Made by a program: the position numbers and the translations under genes. DNA of 57,589 bases, from assembly GCF_006345805.1 (NCBI RefSeq), contig NW_021833599.1, forward strand, positions 1-57,589, given 5' to 3'. The stretch comes from Octopus sinensis. Its lineage: Eukaryota. The notes under the pieces are model-generated. The model was not told where the DNA came from, did not search any database, and saw nothing but the letters and a program-made list of their open reading frames with translations. Numbering within the stretch: position 1 is the stretch's first letter; every line of letters begins with the position of its first letter. Shown one piece after another: positions 49,288 through 57,589 of the stretch.

Positions 49288-49758
49288 TCTTTTATTCTTT
49301 TATTTGCTTTGGTCAGTTGACTGCGGCCATTATGGAGCATTGCCTTGAAATGTTCTGGTCGAACAAATTGACCCCAGGACTTATTTTTTAAGCCTAGTAC
49401 TTATTTCATTAGTATCTTTTGCCGAACCGCAAAGTTACGGGAACATAAACACACCGCTGAGGTACGGGGACGTGAACCAACCAAGACCGGTTATCAAGCG
49501 GTGCTGGGGAACAAATACAAAGAAACACACACACACACACACACAATATACACACACAAAACACACACACACACAAACACATACACATATACATATATAT
49601 ACGACAGGCTTCTTTCAGTTTCCCTTTACCAAATCCATTCACGAGGCTTTGGTCGGCCCGAGGCTACGGTAGAAGATACTTACCCAACATTCCACGCAAT
49701 GAGACTGAAACATGAAACCAAGAAGCAAGCTTCTTATCACACAGCCACTCCTGCGCCT
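49288..49758 (-). mobile_element. Full composite SINE B/C
   Basis: Reverse complement of B (49600-49758), (CA)n/(TA)n, then C. Confidence 0.8.
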
Positions 49759-50214
49759 ATGTCACTCTTGCACCTATACCAAACAATTTTTAACTGATTT
49801 CTCTAACATTACGCGAAATATTTCATTAGTTATAATATACGTCAATATTTTGTACGTTAATTAATTTCATGTTTTAGTAACACTGAAAATACTACTTACC
49901 ATGGCGCACCCGGTGAGCAGGGTGAGTCGGGGCCCGATGGGTTCCTTAATAGCCTCTGGGTGGCGCTCGTCACCTATTGGCGAATTTCATTGTTTATAAT
50001 TTTATTATCAATTATTGTTAGTTTTCTTTACTGTTTTACTGTCTTTTGCAAATCTTCGCTGTCCTTTGGTTTGTATTTTCCGTTTATTTTGTGTGCAGCC
50101 CACGTGACCACGTCTTTGTTTTTCATCTTTTCGAGATCGAACACTGGGGTCAATGTATTCGAACTAACCCCCACCCTCCTCTCAAAATTTCAGGCCTTGT
50201 ACTTATAGTAGAAA

Positions 50215-50345
50215 GGGGCCGAGCTGGCAGGATCGTTAGCACGCCGGACAAAATACTTAGTGGCATTTAATCCGTTTTCACGCTCTGAGTTCAAATTCTT
50301 CGTGTTTCAGCCTTTCGACGTCGATGAAAGAAGTACCACTAGAAT
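50215..50345 (+). mobile_element. SINE family A 5' part (a 3' fragment precedes it at 50110-50215)
   Basis: GAGCTGGCAGGATCGTTAGCACGCCGG...GAGTTCAAATTC. Confidence 0.7.
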
Positions 50346-50346
50346 C

Positions 50347-50540
50347 CTGGGCAGCGGTGAACCGAAGGGGGTGTGGTGGGGTCGGAGTTGGGGGCTGAGG
50401 GGCATATGCCCCACCCCCTCCTCCCACCAACAAAAGAAGTGTGCCCTTCTAAATAATGTTATTACACCTTTTTACTCCTGGAATTATATTTTCTTCTGAC
50501 CATGTGCCATCCCTTCGAAAAATTCCTGGGACCGTGCCTG
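50347..50540. mobile_element. Possible GC-rich MITE relic
   Basis: Ends AAATTCCTGGGACCGTGCCTG and contains the perfect palindrome GGGGCATATGCCCC (50399-50412). The left TIR is poor and no TSD is seen. Confidence 0.35.
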
Positions 50541-50701
50541 TTGGAGTCTCTGTATTCGAGTTATCCGCCCCCTCGAAAGTATGGACCTTGGGTCAAAATT
50601 TGAAACCATTATAACTATTATTTTTATTATTATTATTATTATTATTATCATCATCATCAACATCATCATCATCATCATCATCACCATCATCATCATTATT
50701 A

Positions 50702-50754
<53 letters not shown>

Positions 50755-51229
50755 ATTAGCGAGCCCAAAAAATCTCTCCATTTGTTTAACAATTGATATG
50801 AAACTAGCCTTAGAGGATAACGGGAGCCATTTAAGTTACATTCAAGGTTCGATTCTTTTGTGTTTCCCATAGAAAAGCGGGGGTGGTGGCGCTGGTGACG
50901 TTATTGGTGGCGAACTGGGAGTTGAAGAAGAAAGAAAGAAACGAAGAAAGAAGGAAATAAACAAAGAATGAGAGAAAAGTAGAGGGACAGAGGTGTGTCG
51001 TGACTCATGCATGTTATGGTCGACTTATGTTATCAATAAAAGACGCATGCGCATCTTAGGACATTGGGGTGGTTTGTTGTTACCTTTTTTTCCCGTTTTT
51101 ATCTTTGCTTTTTTTTTCTCTTATTTTGTTCTTGTTTGTATTTTATTTATTGTTTGGTGTGTAACCTTCATGAAGTGGTTTTGTCACTTTGACCTCGAGT
51201 GTACGTAATTTCAACTCTGTCAGGTCACC

Positions 51230-51920
51230 ATCGTCGTCATCAGTCATCATCATCATCATCATAATCATCATGATCATCATCATATGCAGCAGCTGCAATG
51301 CCACAACCACATTCATAATCGTTGTCGTCGTTCTCCTCCTCCTCCTCCTCCTCATTCTTCCTCTTCCTCTTCCTTCTTCCTCTTCCTTCTTCCTCTTCCT
51401 CTTCCTCCTTCTCTTCCTCCTCCTCTTTTTCCTCCTCCTCCACCTCCTCTTCTTTTCCCCTCCTCCTCCTCCACCTCCTCTTCCTTCTCCTCCTTCTTCT
51501 CCCCCTCCTCATTCTTCTTTTTCTTCACTTTCTCCTCCTCCACATCATTATCATCATCATTCTTCTTCTCCTTCTTCTTCTTCTTCTTCTTCTTCTTCTT
51601 CTTCTTCTTCGTTTTCTTTACCTTCTCCTCCGCCTCCCCCTTCTCCTCTTCGTCTCCTAATCATCGGCATTATCATCATCATCATCATGCACATAATATA
51701 ACCACCGCCCATCTTCGTCATCATCATCATACCCTCTACCACCACCACCACCACCACCACAACCACCACCGCCATTTTCACAATCATCATCGTCATCATG
51801 ATCGTTATCATCATCATGATCGTTATTATCATCATCATCATCATCATCACCATCATCATCATGATATCATTACCATCACCACATTCATCTCAACAACGAA
51901 CACCATCACCGCAACCATCG

Positions 51921-51964
<44 letters not shown>

Positions 51965-51965
51965 T
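51230..51965. repeat. (CAT)/(CCT)/(CTT)/(CAC) trinucleotide domain
   Basis: Direct reading. Confidence 0.9.
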
Positions 51966-52620
51966 ACTGCATAACAAAATACAAAAGCGAAGGAAAAAAA
52001 AGGAGAAACATAAAGCTCTTTTACAATTGGAAATTCGCAGAATAGAAATAAATGTAGATGATGTTTATTATGGTAGTTGTTGTTGTTGTTGTTGTGCTTG
52101 AATAAATGAAGCAAATTCATCACAGAATTAACAGCTGCAAGGCTAAAACGAACGTGGCTTAAGTATTGCTGTTTCTGCTCCAACCTACAACTGCTGTTGT
52201 TGTTGTTGTTGTTGTATTGAGAAGACGTAGAGTAAAATAACCTTTAACAAACTATAATACAAGACTTCAGATGATTCATTCTGTTAAAATACAGCAACAG
52301 CAACAACAACAGCAACAACAAATATAAATATCTACAGAATAAAGAATTAACAACAAAAAAATGCCCTCATCTTCCTCCTCCTCCTCTAACACTAACGCTC
52401 AATTGCCAATATGCTGGAGAGGCAGTCGTTGTTATTGTACTTGCAGTTGTTGCATAGCCTCCAGGTCAAGTCAAGCTTGATCTAGCAGACACAGGATTAA
52501 AGTGTTCTCGTCAGGACCATCCCATTTTTATCTTCCTTGTACACAATCGTAGTCTGTCTATCCATTCAACCATCCATCCACCCATCTATCTATCTATATA
52601 TATATATATATATATATCTA

Positions 52621-52658
<38 letters not shown>

Positions 52659-52691
52659 CATCCATCCATCCATCCATCCATCCATCCATCC

Positions 52692-52730
<39 letters not shown>

Positions 52731-52736
52731 AATCAT

Positions 52737-52782
<46 letters not shown>

Positions 52783-52884
52783 AATGACATATTTCAGTGT
52801 GATGTTCCTTTACCAAGGTGGTCCAAACATGGCCGTGTCGGGTTTCTTTATATTTCGTTTTTGTTGTTTTTTATATCTTCTATC

Positions 52885-53052
52885 TGTTATTTGTCTCAGC
52901 CATTGGACTGTGGTCATGCTGGGGCACCGCCTTTAAGGGTTAGGGCTAGTGGAACAAAGGGAACCTCGTACTTATTATGCTTCCAAAGTCTGCTACTTAT
53001 CCTACCGTTTTCCTTTGCTCAACCACTCAGAGATGGGGACATAAACAAACTG
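52885..53052 (-). mobile_element. SINE B/C module C, degenerate
   Basis: CAGCCATTGGACTGTGGTCATGCTGGGGCACCGCC. Confidence 0.65.
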
Positions 53053-53053
53053 A

Positions 53054-53174
53054 ACCACATAGTTCCAGGCTAAGTCCCACTGCGTGGCACCTTGGGCAAG
53101 TCTCTTCTACTATAGCCTCGGTCCGATCAAAGCCTTCTGAGTGGATTTGGTAGACGGAAACTGAAAGAAGCCCG

Positions 53175-53216
<42 letters not shown>

Positions 53217-53440
53217 TGTGTGTGTGTGTGTGTGTGTGTGCGTGTGTTTGTACCCCAACATTGCTTAACAATCGATGTTGGTGTGTTTACGTCCCGTAAC
53301 TTAGCGGTTCGGCAAAAGTTGTCGATAGAATAAGTACTAGGCTTACAAAGAATAAGTCCTGGAGTCGATTTGTTCGACTAAAAGCGGTGCTCCAGCATGG
53401 CCGCAGTCAAATGACTGAAACAAATAAATGAATAAAAGAA
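53054..53440 (+). mobile_element. Composite SINE B/C (head truncated)
   Basis: CORE, (TA)n(TG)n and module C. Confidence 0.85.
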
Positions 53441-53574
53441 TATATATAAATATATAGATTTTCGAGGACTTGTTAACCTCACGAAGGGATGGTTGAATCC
53501 AAAGTGATACCGGTTCAATACCTGGTATTGTTGGGGAATGAAATTTCCTTAAGACAATAAGTATATATTAAGCA

Positions 53575-53995
53575 TATAGTTTGTATCCAGTTGAAAGAAG
53601 GAAAGGAAATGGAGATAAGGAAGTTAATTATTTATTATTAATAAATTGGTCATCTTCGCTTCTTACAGCCGTTTCAATTAATACTCAATAATTCAATCAC
53701 AAATTTATATTGAGATGTTATATATGGACCTATCAATTCGTTTCAGCAGTCTGTGTCCGCTAAAATGTATTCATTGATGCACATATAACATCCAAACGTA
53801 CATCTTTGTTGCCTCTGATGAAATTATGCTCATGTAACATAAATGCAAATTTAATGTACAAATTTGTTATTGGATTATTGAGTAACAATTGATACGGCTG
53901 TAAGAAGCGAAGATAACAAATTTGTTAATAACAAATAATTGTTAATTTCCTTATTTCCATTTTCTTTTCTTCTTTTAACTGGATATAAACTATAT
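53575..53995 (+). mobile_element. PLE-like element with about 130-bp inverted repeat and hammerhead
   Basis: 53575-53706 is the diverged reverse complement of 53860-53995. Ends in (TA)n. Confidence 0.7.
53808..53909 (+). ncRNA. Type I hammerhead motif with extended helix II
   Basis: CTGATGA (53815) AATT-A-TGCTCA...TGAGTA-AC-AATT GATAC GGCT GTA^. The inverted arm preserves GAAAC at this position. Confidence 0.55.
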
Positions 53996-54002
53996 ATATA
54001 TA

Positions 54003-54190
54003 GGGAGAATTCACAAAAAAAAAAGACGAAGACAGGTGGTGTAGACGACAAACAGACGTATTAGTTTAACGCTCGGGAAGTGAAAAAGTCTTTTACGTTT
54101 CGAGCCTACGCCCTTCGACGGAAAGGAACATAGAAAGAAACAAGGAGAGAAAATAAAGAATGTGAGTGGCTTGCGATCTATCATGGCGAA
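54003..54190 (-). mobile_element. PLE-like pLTR fragment with minimal hammerhead variant (54090-54125)
   Basis: CTTT-CCGTCGA-A-GGGC/gtag/GCTC-GAAAC-GTA^AAAG, flanked by TA-rich repeats. Confidence 0.6.
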
Positions 54191-54336
54191 TATATACATA
54201 CATACATTTATATATACATACATTTATATATACATACATTTATATATACATATATATATATATATATATACATACAATTATACATACAAACATACATATA
54301 TACATACATACATACATACATACATACATACATACA

Positions 54337-54370
<34 letters not shown>

Positions 54371-54528
54371 CATACATACATTTATATACGACGGGCCTCC
54401 TCACTCGTGTCCGTGCGCCAATTTCACTCACAAAGTGTTGGCGGACCTGGGGTTATAGTAGGGGACTCTTCCCTGGAGCGTCGCGCAACAGGATTGAACT
54501 TGAAACTATGTGGTTGCACGGCGAACGT

Positions 54529-54920
54529 AGAAGTGGCTGTGTGGTAAGTAGCTTGCTTACCAACCACATGGTTCCCGATCCAGTCCTCCAATGCATGACC
54601 CCTTGGGTAAGTATCTTCTACTATAACAACAGGCCGACCAAAGCCTTGTGAGTGGATTTGGTAGACGGAAACTGAAAGAAGCCTGTCGTATATATATTTG
54701 TGTGTGTGTTTGTGTGTCTGTGTTAGTCCTTCCAACATCGTTTGACAACCGATGCTGGTGTGTTTACGTCCCCGTAACTTAGTGGTTCGGCAACAGTAAT
54801 CGATAGAATAAGTATTAGGCTTACAAAGAATGAGGCCTGGGGTGGATTTGCTCGACTAAAGTCGGTGCTCCAACATGGGCGCAGACAAATGACTGAAGCA
54901 AGTAAAAGAAAAGAAAAAAA
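54529..54920 (+). mobile_element. Full composite SINE B/C (a decayed minus-strand module B lies at 54385-54520)
   Basis: Head, CORE, short (TA)(TG) and module C. Confidence 0.85.
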
Positions 54921-55209
54921 GAAAAAAAACTATAGAACATCTATAGCTACGCTACCTAATGTGTTCTTCATACATTGGTGTGATTTGAGTGAGATTAGAC
55001 TGCTAATTCTAGCAACAAATATGGCTGAAACCACCTCAGTGATGCGCTTCGAACACCTTCCATCATCTGAAAATTTCCATGCTATCAGAACACGAAAATT
55101 CCCTTTAGGTGTGTTTAAAACCTCAGTGAAGCATCTTATATTCTATATAGAAAACCGTAAGATATAACTCACGTTTCGCAATGCGTTGGAAAGTCTCGAT
55201 CAACAGAGC

Positions 55210-56510
<1,301 letters not shown>

Positions 56511-56924
56511 TTTGGCTCGACACTTGACGAATTGCAAACATGTCCATAACTGTTTGTAAATGTGGTTGAGTAGATAATTTATAGATCTACTACAATGGCT
56601 TAAAATAGTTAACCGTTCTTCAGTGTATTCTGTTTGTCTCTTGAGAGTAACTGTGGCAACTGCTTCTGTTTGCATTCTTTGATTCCGTTTTGTGGCATTT
56701 GTCAGTCAGTGTAGAGAAGGAACTTACTAAACACTATATTGGTATCTTGTGTTTTATGATTTGTTTCTGTTTCATTTTCGCAGAATTGATTCGTAAACCG
56801 TATGATACAACCAATCCTCAATTAACACTGTGTCGAATAATGCGTAGTGGATTCGATAATATAGTTTGTAAACTAGAAGATAGAGAAACAAACAGGAACT
56901 ACGTAAAGTAGAATGGTCGTAAAT

Positions 56925-57151
56925 GGTGAACGAGGTTGTCAATGGAAAATGAGGGTACGAATGTCGAACGAGAATGCAAATGACGAATGAGAGTGCGAAT
57001 AGCGAATGAGGTGGTGAATGGTGAAGGAGGTTACCAAAGGCAAATGAGGATACGTATATCGAATCAGACTGCAAATGGCGATGAGAGTACGAATGGTGAA
57101 TGAGGTCGTGAATGGCGGAGGAAGTTGCGAATGGCGAATGAGTTTGTAGTG
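56925..57151. repeat. Diverged 19-bp minisatellite, 12 units, consensus about GGCGAATGAGGTTGCGAAT
   Basis: Units phase at 56925, 56944, 56963, 56982, 57001, 57020, 57039, 57058, 57077 (18 bp), 57095, 57114 and 57133. Confidence 0.8.
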
Positions 57152-57589
57152 ACTTCATTGAAGCATAGAGCAGACTCGAACCTGAATCTACCCTTTACAT
57201 TTCGACAGCATTTTTCTCACAGAGAAACAATGGTTGGCAGCAAGTTATATTTAACATATAGCTTTGCTAAGCCGATTCATGTCTTTGCCACTTGACCATC
57301 CTAACTTCTAGGCCACGAAAAGTTAGAATTGAGATAACGAAATCTATTGTTCTCAACAATATGTCTCTCCTTCTAGCTGGTTTTGGATAACTATAAGTAC
57401 AAGAACTCCGTAAGCCAAAGTCTGTTAGTAAGAACCGAGTCTGGCTAACCGGCAAAACGAAACGCCATCTTTGAAGAAAACGGCAAAGAGAGACAACTAT
57501 GGTAACTCACCAACGAAGCAGTTGTTTGGCCCCACCACTCCCACTTTCACTAACTCACTTGCTTTTCTCTACAACATTACTCTATCTTT

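Noticed and set aside
53478-53520. CTCACGAAGGGAT...ATCC...GATACCGGT, a possible hammerhead relic
   Set aside because: Too many core mismatches to support.
57267-57455. Kinase-like LTDFGL in a 62-aa ORF
   Set aside because: No HRD/catalytic loop upstream or APE motif downstream; likely chance.

Overview
Eukaryotic, almost entirely non-coding (intronic or intergenic) DNA. It is saturated with microsatellites ((TA)n, (CA)n, (GA)n, (TAA)n, (TAG)n, (ATAC)n, (ATCT)n, cryptic GGT/CAT tracts) and tRNA-derived SINEs. This composition points to a coleoid cephalopod, most likely Octopus (inference). I can support no confident host protein-coding gene, and nearly all ORFs in the track are low-complexity artefacts. 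The only recognisable peptides are dead LINE fragments: CR1 at 9191-9525, RTE at 22798-23123 and 36381-36640, and an R4/Dong-like C-terminus at 41381-41422. Also present: a canonical non-autonomous Helitron (11639-12019), a pogo/Tigger-like MITE, several modular CORE-type and Deu/Nin-like SINE families, and two weak exon candidates. The main observation is a set of eight hammerhead-ribozyme-like motifs of the minimal type I, Penelope-like-element (PLE) form. Most sit in short non-coding elements embedded in (TA)n. Three of these elements share an architecture in which an inverted copy of the 3' tail lies at the 5' end (in two, the inversion includes the ribozyme 3' half). One also carries a tRNA-like Pol III head, which would make it a ribozyme-bearing SINE-like element. 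Family letters A-G are my own labels. All folds, alignments and coordinates were done by eye and need computational confirmation.
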